A DNA stretch of 57,396 bases from an uncultured virus (IMG/VR IMGVR_UViG_3300002835_000040) (taxonomy: Duplodnaviria > Heunggongvirae > Uroviricota > Caudoviricetes): IMG/VR virus record IMGVR_UViG_3300002835_000040, one strand, 5' to 3'. Below, piece after piece: positions 30,748 to 40,045 of the stretch (within the stretch, counting starts at the first letter, position 1; every line of letters starts with the position of its first letter). Below the pieces are notes generated by a model. The model worked only from the letters and a program-made list of their open reading frames with translations, ran no database searches and was not told the origin of the DNA. Position numbers and translations under genes: made by a program.

Positions 30748-30761
30748 TAATTAATGTAAAA

Positions 30762-31538
30762 ATGTTAAAATTTTTTAAACCAATAAGAGGTCATAGAGGT
30801 TATTTTTCATATATGACTGAATCAGTTGTTAACATGCTTAATGTATTGTTAATCTATCCAAATGAAGAATTTAAAGTATATCATGATTTATCAAATATTG
30901 ATGGGTATGGTAGTCATAATATTTATGATGTCTGTTTTATACAAGATAAAAATGATTATTTTTTAAATAAAAATGAGTATTCTAATATTGAGTTAGTAAA
31001 TAATATAGCACAATTAAATCCTTATGACAAGGATACATTTACTAAAGAAAAATTAAAAATGTGTGAATCAATAATAAAAGATAATTTTGTATTAAATGAT
31101 GAAATGAAACAATTGTTTTCATCAAGACACCCTCAAATTGATTTTACAAAAACTATAGGTTTTCATAGAAGGGCAACTGATATGTCAATAATACATGGTT
31201 TACCAACAATAGATTTATCCATAATATTTGAAACATTAGAAAAAGAAGAATTTGAAAATATATTTTTAATGTGTGATAATCTTAATGATTTAATTAAATT
31301 TAAACAAAGATATGGAAATAAATTAATAACTTTTGACGAGTTAACAGCTTCAACAATTGAAAATAAACCATTTTTTAATTTAAAAAATGATGAAGAATTA
31401 ATTAAAAAACATATACAAGAAATTGTTTTTGGAGTATACACTTTAGGTATGACAAAAAAATTAATATGCACTATGTCTAACTTATCAACATTTTCTATTT
31501 TTTCAAACTCAAATTTAGATTATATAAAATTAAATTAA
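30762..31538 (+). CDS. NodZ/GT23-like GDP-sugar (fucosyl) transferase
   Basis: RGYFS, IGFHRRATD, IFLMCD, SNLS resemble fucosyltransferase motifs I-III. Confidence 0.6.
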   Translation: MLKFFKPIRGHRGYFSYMTESVVNMLNVLLIYPNEEFKVYHDLSNIDGYGSHNIYDVCFIQDKNDYFLNKNEYSNIELVNNIAQLNPYDKDTFTKEKLKMCESIIKDNFVLNDEMKQLFSSRHPQIDFTKTIGFHRRATDMSIIHGLPTIDLSIIFETLEKEEFENIFLMCDNLNDLIKFKQRYGNKLITFDELTASTIENKPFFNLKNDEELIKKHIQEIVFGVYTLGMTKKLICTMSNLSTFSIFSNSNLDYIKLN

Positions 31539-31543
31539 AAAAT

Positions 31544-32359
31544 ATGATTATACAAAATAAATTACCAAAACATTATTGTGAACTTAGTTATATACAACTA
31601 ATTGAAGAACAATTAGTTAAAGAATTTAACAACGACTATAGCCTGTACATTATTCATTCTGATTTAGATGTGATTGAGGGATTAGATTTTGGAGAAAAAA
31701 TTAAAAATGATACAAATTATAAAATAGCCATTCATGTTGGTAACGAGGTATCATATAACCCAAAATATTACGAATTTTTTGATATTATATTTAGATTTTA
31801 TTTACAAGAAAAATGTGATTATAATAAAATATTCCCAATTAATATTGGATTTAATTCTAGTGGTGAATATAACATTTTTCCTAATAAGGGTGAAACATTA
31901 TCTGAAAGAACTAATGATGTATTTTTTATGGGTAATAAATCAGTTAGATACGGATTTTATAATTCTATAAATAATTTATCTAAAAAATATGATATAAATT
32001 TTACAGATGGTTTTAGAAGTGGTTTAGTAATCGAAGATTATTACAATAAATTATCAAACTCTAAAATATGTTTAGTTCCTAATGGAATGAGCCCCGAAAC
32101 TTTTCGTTATAGTGAATCTTTAGGGTCAGGATGTATTGTCATAACAAAGGATAAAATTAATTCTTGGTTTTACGAAAATAGCACAGCAATTTTTGTTAAT
32201 GATTGGTCTGAAGTTACAGAAGAATTTATTAAAAATATATTATCATCTAATATTGATTTAAAATATGAAGAAAATCTGAATTATTATGAAAGATGTTTAA
32301 GTCCTGATGCTAATGCCAAATATATTATTAAAACAATAAAAGAAAAAAAAATAAATTAA
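31544..32359 (+). CDS. Exostosin/GT47-like glycosyltransferase
   Basis: DVFFMG, YYNKLSNSKICLVPNG.SPETFRYSESLGSGCI. Confidence 0.7.
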   Translation: MIIQNKLPKHYCELSYIQLIEEQLVKEFNNDYSLYIIHSDLDVIEGLDFGEKIKNDTNYKIAIHVGNEVSYNPKYYEFFDIIFRFYLQEKCDYNKIFPINIGFNSSGEYNIFPNKGETLSERTNDVFFMGNKSVRYGFYNSINNLSKKYDINFTDGFRSGLVIEDYYNKLSNSKICLVPNGMSPETFRYSESLGSGCIVITKDKINSWFYENSTAIFVNDWSEVTEEFIKNILSSNIDLKYEENLNYYERCLSPDANAKYIIKTIKEKKIN

Positions 32360-32360
32360 A

Positions 32361-33341
32361 ATGTCTAATAAAATCGCACTAATAACAGGAATAAATGGTC
32401 AAGATGGTTCGTATTTATCTGAATTTTTGATTAAAAAGGGATATGAAGTTCATGGTACATTAAAACGAAATTCCGTTGCCGAAAACCAAACTTCAAGATT
32501 AGATAATATATTTAACCAAATTAAATTACATTATGCCGATTTGACAGATTTATCGTCATTAATTTCTGTTATCCAAAAAACAAATCCTGATGAAATTTAT
32601 AATTTGGCGGCTCAGTCTCACGTTAGAATTTCATTTGACCAACCAATTTATACCGCAAATGTAACAGGGTTAGGTACTTTAAATTTGTTAGAGGCTGTTA
32701 AATTAATAAAACCTAATACTAAAATTTACCAAGCGTCGTCATCTGAAATGTTTGGTAATTCAATTGATTCTGACGGATACCAAAGAGAAACAACACCTCT
32801 TAATCCTGTTTCTCCATACGGATGTGCTAAAGTATTTAGTTATAACATTTGTCGTAACTACAGAAACTCATACGGTATGTTTATTTCCAACGGTATTTTA
32901 TTTAACCACGAATCACCAAGAAGAGGAACTAACTTTGTGACCAATAAAGTATGTAAAGAAGCGGTTAAAATTAAATTAGGACTATCTAATGAATTAAAAT
33001 TGGGTAATCTTGATGCAACACGAGACTGGGGACATGCGAAAGATTACGTTAGAGCAATGTGGGAAATTTTACAATTAGAAAATCCTGATGATTTTGTTTG
33101 TTCGACAGGTATATCTCATTCAGTTGGTGAACTTTGTGATTATGTATTTTCATCGTTAGGATTGGACTACAAACAATATGTTACTCAAGATGAAAAGTTC
33201 CTAAGACCTGAAGAATTACACGATTTAAAAGGTGATTCATCTAAATTAGTTAATACTACAGGGTGGTCACACGATTACACATTTGAAACGATGTTAGACG
33301 AAATGATTGACTACTGGATGGATTATTATACAATTAAATAA
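32361..33341 (+). CDS. gmd: GDP-mannose 4,6-dehydratase
   Basis: ALITGINGQDGSYL, YNLAAQSHV, QASSSEMFG, SPYGCAK, FNHESPRRG, RDWGHAKDY. Confidence 0.96.
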   Translation: MSNKIALITGINGQDGSYLSEFLIKKGYEVHGTLKRNSVAENQTSRLDNIFNQIKLHYADLTDLSSLISVIQKTNPDEIYNLAAQSHVRISFDQPIYTANVTGLGTLNLLEAVKLIKPNTKIYQASSSEMFGNSIDSDGYQRETTPLNPVSPYGCAKVFSYNICRNYRNSYGMFISNGILFNHESPRRGTNFVTNKVCKEAVKIKLGLSNELKLGNLDATRDWGHAKDYVRAMWEILQLENPDDFVCSTGISHSVGELCDYVFSSLGLDYKQYVTQDEKFLRPEELHDLKGDSSKLVNTTGWSHDYTFETMLDEMIDYWMDYYTIK

Positions 33342-34081
33342 TGACAAGAAAAAAAACAATTAGCAAAGACGGTCAGTATATTCCTACTGATGCTAAACCA
33401 AAAATGTCTAAGAAAGACCAAATTAGTGGTATGATTAAAAAGAGTAAGGATAAATTCTTAACTCAAAGTCAACGAGAGTATTACGATAAATTAGTTAGAA
33501 ATCAAATTACAATTTGTTCAGGTCCTGCAGGTGTTGGTAAAAGTTTTATAGCGATGAAAGCTGCGGTTGACTTAATTGCTGACCACACATCTCCTTACGA
33601 AAAAATTATCATTGTTAGACCGGCAGTTGAAGCTGAGGAAAAACTTGGTTCCTTACCTGGTAATGTTGAAGAGAAATTAGACCCCTATATTTTTCCATCG
33701 TATTATCTATTAAATAAGATTATAGGTAAAGAGGCAAGAGAAAAATTAAAACAAATGGAGGTTATTGAAGTTTTTGCTTTGGCATATATGAGAGGAATGA
33801 ACATTGATAATTCTATTCTAATATTTGAGGAAGCTCAAAATGCTACACCAAAACAAATGAAATTATTATTAACTCGTATTGGTACTGATAGTAAATTTTT
33901 TATATCAGGTGACTTGGAGCAAACTGACAGATATAAAGATAAAAAACATTCAGGTTTATGGGACGCTATTGAGAAATTTAAAAATATCTCTGAAATTGGT
34001 GTTCATGAATTTGGAGATGATGATGTTGTTAGAAACCCATTGATTACTGAAATCTTAAAAAGATATGAAGATAGGAATTGA
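33341..34081 (+). CDS. phoH: PhoH-like ATPase
   Basis: GPAGVGKS, RPAVEAEEKLGSLPG, LAYMRG, EEAQN, LLTRIG, GDLEQTD, VVRNPL. Confidence 0.95.
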   Translation: MTRKKTISKDGQYIPTDAKPKMSKKDQISGMIKKSKDKFLTQSQREYYDKLVRNQITICSGPAGVGKSFIAMKAAVDLIADHTSPYEKIIIVRPAVEAEEKLGSLPGNVEEKLDPYIFPSYYLLNKIIGKEAREKLKQMEVIEVFALAYMRGMNIDNSILIFEEAQNATPKQMKLLLTRIGTDSKFFISGDLEQTDRYKDKKHSGLWDAIEKFKNISEIGVHEFGDDDVVRNPLITEILKRYEDRN

Positions 34082-34658
34082 GGTTAATGGTGTATTAAGA
34101 GATACCATAGGTAAGTTTAAAACAACTTACGAAAAATTTTTAATAGATAATAATTTAGAGAATTCTGAGTCTGAAACACCATTTGAATACAAAATTAATG
34201 AACCTATAGATACGTTAGATTTAATCAATCATTTTTCATTTCAATCTAAGGAAGAATTTTTTAGTTTTTTGTATGAGGAGTTCCCTATGGAAATTTTTGG
34301 TCATTCACCTTCAACTGAATTATCGTCATTTAATGATTTAAATGATTTATATATTAATTTAAGAGATAAAGTTGAATTTATTATAATTTCTGATGAGATG
34401 TCAAAATCAAAACCAGCAACTTTATTTTTCTTATCAAAATTTGGTTGTCTAATAGAAAAAATATTTTTTTATAATGAGGTGACAAAAAATAAACTATTAG
34501 ATGAATTAGATTTAATAGTTACTTCTAACCCTGATATTATTATTAATTACAAAGATAAAGTTGTTAAATATGATACAACTTATAATGATAAACTTAGTTC
34601 TGAAGTTTCAATAACAAAACTAAAAGAATTAGAACCAATAATTGCTGAAAAACTATAA
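34065..34658 (+). CDS. HAD-fold 5'(3')-nucleotidase-like protein with degenerate catalytic motif
   Basis: MKIGIEVNGVLRD aligns to the IGIDxDGVL motif I, but DxD is ExN. Confidence 0.55.
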   Translation: MKIGIEVNGVLRDTIGKFKTTYEKFLIDNNLENSESETPFEYKINEPIDTLDLINHFSFQSKEEFFSFLYEEFPMEIFGHSPSTELSSFNDLNDLYINLRDKVEFIIISDEMSKSKPATLFFLSKFGCLIEKIFFYNEVTKNKLLDELDLIVTSNPDIIINYKDKVVKYDTTYNDKLSSEVSITKLKELEPIIAEKL

Positions 34659-34924
34659 TGTTACCAATTTTAAACGAAAATTATTATATTGATTTAGAGG
34701 AGATTAATTCTTTAATCAATATTGAACCAACTGAACCAATATCAGGAGAAACCGGACAACATATTAGTGTTGTTCAGTATGAACTTATTAAAATAATGAT
34801 AGAAGTCATTATGAGTGAACAAGAAGAAGTTGATGAAAAATTGGGTAATAAATCTCAATTATCAATCCCATTTAAATTAGCATTTAATACACTATTAAAT
34901 AATAAAACTATAAAAAAATACTAA
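34658..34924 (+). CDS. Hypothetical protein
   Basis: 88 aa, TAATG-coupled to the upstream gene. Confidence 0.7.
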   Translation: MLPILNENYYIDLEEINSLINIEPTEPISGETGQHISVVQYELIKIMIEVIMSEQEEVDEKLGNKSQLSIPFKLAFNTLLNNKTIKKY

Positions 34925-34927
34925 AAT

Positions 34928-35986
34928 ATGGAAGATAGAATTTTAAAAATTAAAGAATCAATCTTAAATTTAAAAGACAAAAAAAATAAAATATATTTTT
35001 TTGTACAAGACACTAAAGGTAATGCTAAAGCATCTATAAGATACATTTATCAAATAGCAAATACGTTACTTAAAGAAGGATATAACCCAATAATTTTACA
35101 TGAAAAACCTGATTATTTTGGTGTTTCAAGTTGGCTCGGTGAACAATACTCTAAAATCCCACATCAATCAGTGGAAGGTCAAAATTTACAAATAGCACCT
35201 GAAGATTTTATTATTGTACCTGAAATTTTTGGTTATGTTATGGCTCAATTGACTAACATTAAATGTACTAAAATTGTGTTGTCTCAATCATATGACCAAA
35301 TTTTTGAAACTTTACAACCAGGACAAATATGGTCTCAATTTGGTTTCACAAAATGTATTACAACTTCAGAAATACAAAAAAAATATATCTCTCAATTTAT
35401 GAGAAATGTCCCAACTGATATTATTGAACCTGTAATATCTGACGTTTTTGAAAAATCAAAATACCCGGCAAAACCAATTATTGCAATCTCTTCAAGAGAA
35501 CAAAGAGATTCAATTAATTTAATTAAATCATTTTATCAAAAATATCCTCAATTTAGATGGATAACTTTTAGAGATATGAGAGGTATTTCTGAAGAAGAAT
35601 TTGCAAATACATTAAAAGAGTGTATGTTATCAGTATGGGACGATAGAACAAGTGCGTTTGGTACATTCCCATTAGAGTCAATGAAATGTGGTGTCCCTGT
35701 AATTGGTGTAGTTCCTAAAATGGTACCTGAATGGATGAATGAAGATAACGGAATTTGGATTCAAGACGAATTAAATTTAGCCAATTTTATTGGTGAATAT
35801 ATCCAAAATTGGTTAGAAGATAACATTTCGGAAGACATCTATAATGGAATGGAAAAATCTTCATTACAATACAGTGATATAAATGACTTTGAGAATAAAA
35901 TTATATCGTTATTTAACGAATATACTAAATCAAAACTAAATGTTTTTGAGACAGAATATAATAAATTACAACCTATAGAACAATAA
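34928..35986 (+). CDS. Glycosyltransferase (GT-B, GT4-like)
   Basis: DFIIVPE, AFGTFPLESMKCGVPVIG. Confidence 0.8.
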   Translation: MEDRILKIKESILNLKDKKNKIYFFVQDTKGNAKASIRYIYQIANTLLKEGYNPIILHEKPDYFGVSSWLGEQYSKIPHQSVEGQNLQIAPEDFIIVPEIFGYVMAQLTNIKCTKIVLSQSYDQIFETLQPGQIWSQFGFTKCITTSEIQKKYISQFMRNVPTDIIEPVISDVFEKSKYPAKPIIAISSREQRDSINLIKSFYQKYPQFRWITFRDMRGISEEEFANTLKECMLSVWDDRTSAFGTFPLESMKCGVPVIGVVPKMVPEWMNEDNGIWIQDELNLANFIGEYIQNWLEDNISEDIYNGMEKSSLQYSDINDFENKIISLFNEYTKSKLNVFETEYNKLQPIEQ

Positions 35987-35990
35987 AATT

Positions 35991-36797
35991 ATGGAAAATA
36001 TTTTAGACTTAAGTATCATCTTACCAATTAAGACAAATTTAGTTAAGGACTTTGTGGAACTTTTTACTAAATCAATTGAATCAATCCAATTACAATCAAT
36101 TAAACCTAAAGAACTGATAATTGTTCATTCAAGTGAAGAAAAATTAATTGAGTTTTTAGAATCTTTTGATTTTGGGGATTTAAATGTTAAAAAAATTAAA
36201 TTTGAAAGTGAACCTAACTTTTCATCTCAGGTTAATTTAGGTATTGAAAGTTCATCATCTAAATGGGTAAGTATTTTAGAATTTGATGATGAATATGCTA
36301 AAATTTGGTTTAAAAACGTTAAAAAATATATTGAAGTTTATCCTGAAATAGATGCGTTTTTACCAATTGTTGTTGATGTTGATAATAAAACAGTATTTGC
36401 AGGATTTACTAATGAAGCAACATTCGCCGCAAATTTCAGTCAAGAAATGGGTTATTTAACTAACGAAACGTTATTAAATTATCAAAATTTTCAAACATCG
36501 GGTATGGTATTTAAAAAATCAATTATTGAGGATTTTGGTGGTTTTAAGGCTAGTTTTAAATTAACATTCCCATATGAATTTTTATTAAGAATGACTTATA
36601 ATTCTGTAAAAATTATGACTATACCAAAAATTGGTTACAAACATATGAACCTTAGAGAAGGGTCAATATTTTGGGAATATAAAAATGGTGAAAATAAAGT
36701 GAGTGACAGTGAAGTTCAGTTTTGGGTATCTTCTGCAAAAAAAGAATATTTCTTTAATACCGATAGAAACATAAAATATACTCAAGAAAATGCTTGA
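35991..36797 (+). CDS. Glycosyltransferase family 2
   Basis: LSIILPI, SIESIQLQ, QVNLGI, ILEFDD, DFGGF, YEFLLR. Confidence 0.8.
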   Translation: MENILDLSIILPIKTNLVKDFVELFTKSIESIQLQSIKPKELIIVHSSEEKLIEFLESFDFGDLNVKKIKFESEPNFSSQVNLGIESSSSKWVSILEFDDEYAKIWFKNVKKYIEVYPEIDAFLPIVVDVDNKTVFAGFTNEATFAANFSQEMGYLTNETLLNYQNFQTSGMVFKKSIIEDFGGFKASFKLTFPYEFLLRMTYNSVKIMTIPKIGYKHMNLREGSIFWEYKNGENKVSDSEVQFWVSSAKKEYFFNTDRNIKYTQENA

Positions 36798-37534
36798 TGA
36801 CTATAAGTTCAAGCACAATACAGATTGAGGTTACTAAAAAAAAGAAACCAAGTTCTGAAAATTATTTTGACATAAGAGAAGAAAATGCGGTTAGAATGTT
36901 TTTAACCGCATCTACTTTTGATGAAAAAAACAAAATATATAACGATTATTTGAGACATCCTTTAGATAAAATGATATCCTCAATTATTCGAAGATATAAA
37001 TTGTATAGAAAAGATATGGATTTTATTGAAATTCATACTGATACACATTCTTTTTTGATGACAAAAATTGATAAGTTTAGTCCGTCAAAAGAAAAGAAAG
37101 CGTATTCTTATTTTGGTACCATTTGTAAAAATTATCTGATGGGACAAATTCTGAAAGACCAAAAAGAAATGAATCGAAAAGTGTCTTATGAAGATATATC
37201 TAGTGATTTAGAAAATAGGTCAGAAATGGTTTATTACTTAGATATTGAACCAGAGGTTGAGGTAAATATTATACCAATTTTAAAATCATATATTAAAGAC
37301 GTTTTAGAAGAAAATGATTTAAATGATAATGAAATAAAATTGGGTATTGCTTTAATTGAGGTACTTGACAATTATGAAACAATATTTCCAGCAACTGATA
37401 ACAATAAGTTCAATAAAAATGTAATTCTTTTATCTTTAAGAGAAATGACTAATCTTTCAACTAAAGAAATAAGAGCTTCCATGAAAAAATATAAAAAAAT
37501 ATATTTAGGTCTTATAGAAATCAAACCAGATTAA
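36797..37534 (+). CDS. Phage RNA polymerase sigma factor (T4 gp55-like, late)
   Basis: ENYFD near the N-terminus and KIDKFSPSKEKKAYSYFGTICKNYL resemble gp55 region 2 (F-D-P-x-K...F-A-Y-F-T-x-I). Confidence 0.7.
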   Translation: MTISSSTIQIEVTKKKKPSSENYFDIREENAVRMFLTASTFDEKNKIYNDYLRHPLDKMISSIIRRYKLYRKDMDFIEIHTDTHSFLMTKIDKFSPSKEKKAYSYFGTICKNYLMGQILKDQKEMNRKVSYEDISSDLENRSEMVYYLDIEPEVEVNIIPILKSYIKDVLEENDLNDNEIKLGIALIEVLDNYETIFPATDNNKFNKNVILLSLREMTNLSTKEIRASMKKYKKIYLGLIEIKPD

Positions 37535-37550
37535 ATTTTTTTTTAAAAAC

Positions 37551-37557
37551 TATTTAT
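37551..37557 (+). promoter_or_regulatory. TATTTAT putative late promoter motif
   Basis: 4 nt upstream of ATG 37562. Confidence 0.55.
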
Positions 37558-37561
37558 TGGT

Positions 37562-37924
37562 ATGACAAAACCCAAAAAAAAACAAATTAATTTTACTAAA
37601 GACTCAATTCTTGTTTTAATGCAAGAAATTTACAATGAGTTAGTAGAACAACGCTCAACGGCTATTAGAATTCAAAATAAAATGGTTGCCATGATGAAAG
37701 AACCTGAAGACATGACTCTAATTGGACCTGTTATTGAAAAACAACAAAAAATAATAAATGATTGTGTTGAGAAAAAATTACAACTTTCAAAGTTACAATC
37801 AGGTATTTGGGAAAAACAAAGTTCAAAAGAAGAATCATTTGATATTTCAAATATGGATGATGATGTTTTGCAAGGTTTATTAGATAAAGACATAAATTCT
37901 GATAATCAAAAATTTAGTTTATAA
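37562..37924 (+). CDS. Hypothetical helical protein
   Basis: 120 aa, coiled-coil-like, first gene of a putative late operon. Confidence 0.75.
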   Translation: MTKPKKKQINFTKDSILVLMQEIYNELVEQRSTAIRIQNKMVAMMKEPEDMTLIGPVIEKQQKIINDCVEKKLQLSKLQSGIWEKQSSKEESFDISNMDDDVLQGLLDKDINSDNQKFSL

Positions 37925-39846
37925 TGGCAATTAGTATTGACGAAGGGTTTGAACAAAGTAAGAATAAACTTAAAGTTTATAAGACTTTTCTGCAATCAAA
38001 ATCGGAAATTAAAAAACAAAAACTAAAAAACAAACTTGACGAAAAAAAACTTTCAAGACAACAAAAATCTTTAGAAAGGGCTAAAAAAAATCAAGAACGA
38101 AAAGAAAGAGCTCAATCAAGTTATGAACAACTTATTGATATTTTACAAATGGCCAAAGGTGCCGCAAAACCTAAAGATAATTACATTACAAATCTTTTAG
38201 TCAAAGTTACTAAACAAATTAAACCAAAAATTTCTGAAATAATTTCAGAAGAAATGTTAAAATCTTTAAATTGTTCCGAAGAAAGTACGTTTAACAACCT
38301 TGCAATTTATATTAAAGTAAGTAGTTTAGATTTAGGTAAAATTTTACTTATAAGTCCTACGGATACATGGGGAAAATGTATTTACGAACAAAATCCTTAC
38401 GACTATTCTTCACCAAAAAAATCAACTAACCAACTTTTATATTACCTAATACAAACTCCAACGGCTCTGTCTCAAGGTGGTATTAATGGTATTACTAACC
38501 CTGTTAATACTAAGTATAAAGGACAAAGTGGACAGGACCTTTTTGACATACAATTTGTTACCGTAGATAATACCGGTACACCAGGTCAATATTATAAAAT
38601 TACCTTATCAAATAGGGTTTTAGGTTTAAATAGAGTTTCCGATTTTATTAATGATTATTTTAAAACTAATTCATTATTAGATTTACGATATCTACTAACA
38701 ACTTTAACTGACATTATTTTAGGTTGTGTTTCCGCAGATTTAAAACTTGGGGATAATCAATTAGATGACTCAACAAGATTTGGTTTAATCATACAACGAA
38801 TATTAGGTCAATGTCAGGATTACAACGTTGAAATTGATGTCGGGGGACAAGCAAAATATCCCGAAGTAGATAATTCAACAGACACTATTTTTGAAATGGA
38901 ATCTAATGATTTAGAGTTTATTAACGAAAGGGTTCAATCAATTAAAGTAGGGATTAGAGAATTTGTTGATTGTAATAATATTGCGTTACCAATATCGGAC
39001 ACAAATTATTTATCTAACAATATATCTAACGTTGGTGACGATGGTGAAAATTTAGATAATGAAATAAATAATATTATAACTAATTTAGTTAATGACCCAA
39101 GATGGGTTGCCAATTTTCCATTTCCTGACGCAATATCTTTAAGTTTAAATAAAGATTTTATAAGTCAATTACCTATGGCGATTATAAAATCAATTTTTTC
39201 TCCAAAAGTTTTATTACCATATATTATTATGGCAAAGGCTATTGGTAACATGTACGATGAAGGAATTGAGGGATATAATAATTTTTTAAGAAACAACAGG
39301 GCGTTAGTTCAGGCCATCGGTAGTCGAATAATGGCTTTGTTTTTAGAAGCTCTACTGATTGAGATTAAAAAAATTGTTATAGCATTGGCCAAAGCAATAA
39401 TACAAGACATGACTGCGGAAAAAAAGGCAACAATTGCTACAGTAATAAATAAGATTGTTTCACTTTCAGTTTTAATTGCTCAAACAATCAATGATTTTCG
39501 AGAGTGTAGGAGTTTAGTTGATTATTTGTTGAAATTATTTCAATTAAGAATTCCTTTACCAAAACAAATTACACCAACACCAATTTTAGCATTATCTGAC
39601 ATATTAGATGGTGCGTCGACAAATAGGGCATATATGAATCATTTAGAGTTTTTACAAAGCCTTGGGTTACCAACAGGACCAAATCCTAATGGAACACCAA
39701 TGTATTCAAACATGGAAGGATTTTCAATAATGCAAGGTTTAAATAAAGAAAAGGAAGAAAATGGTAAAACAGAAATGTTTATTAAACCAATACCTATAGC
39801 GGGATATGCAACCAGCCCAATTAGAGTTACAGGAAAATACTTTTAA
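37924..39846 (+). CDS. Hypothetical protein, probably tail/baseplate-associated
   Basis: 640 aa, TAATG-coupled, upstream of the spike gene. Confidence 0.65.
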   Translation: MAISIDEGFEQSKNKLKVYKTFLQSKSEIKKQKLKNKLDEKKLSRQQKSLERAKKNQERKERAQSSYEQLIDILQMAKGAAKPKDNYITNLLVKVTKQIKPKISEIISEEMLKSLNCSEESTFNNLAIYIKVSSLDLGKILLISPTDTWGKCIYEQNPYDYSSPKKSTNQLLYYLIQTPTALSQGGINGITNPVNTKYKGQSGQDLFDIQFVTVDNTGTPGQYYKITLSNRVLGLNRVSDFINDYFKTNSLLDLRYLLTTLTDIILGCVSADLKLGDNQLDDSTRFGLIIQRILGQCQDYNVEIDVGGQAKYPEVDNSTDTIFEMESNDLEFINERVQSIKVGIREFVDCNNIALPISDTNYLSNNISNVGDDGENLDNEINNIITNLVNDPRWVANFPFPDAISLSLNKDFISQLPMAIIKSIFSPKVLLPYIIMAKAIGNMYDEGIEGYNNFLRNNRALVQAIGSRIMALFLEALLIEIKKIVIALAKAIIQDMTAEKKATIATVINKIVSLSVLIAQTINDFRECRSLVDYLLKLFQLRIPLPKQITPTPILALSDILDGASTNRAYMNHLEFLQSLGLPTGPNPNGTPMYSNMEGFSIMQGLNKEKEENGKTEMFIKPIPIAGYATSPIRVTGKYF

Positions 39847-39847
39847 T

Positions 39848-40045
39848 ATGGACCCAAAAATATTTAATATAATAAAAGAAAATAAAGATAGACCAAACAG
39901 AGATTTGGAGACCGCAATGAACTATCTAAATGAAGAATTTGAAAAAACTAAAGATTTAATAGTTAAATTATCTAAACATTTAGATAATGTTGAATTTAAC
40001 TATAATAAGGTTTTAAAAGAATACGAATCTCGTAAAAAATCATGA
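39848..40045 (+). CDS. Small coiled-coil hypothetical protein; start revised to ATG 39848
   Basis: MDPKIFNIIKENKDRPNRDL..., begins 1 nt after the upstream stop. Confidence 0.7.
   Translation: MDPKIFNIIKENKDRPNRDLETAMNYLNEEFEKTKDLIVKLSKHLDNVEFNYNKVLKEYESRKKS

Noticed and set aside
18535..36797. GT cluster as a bacterial O-antigen/capsule locus (host contamination or prophage boundary)
   Set aside because: It is interleaved and coupled with dUTPase, exonuclease, PhoH and a gp55-like sigma, flanked by virion genes on both sides, and lacks wzx/wzy/wza
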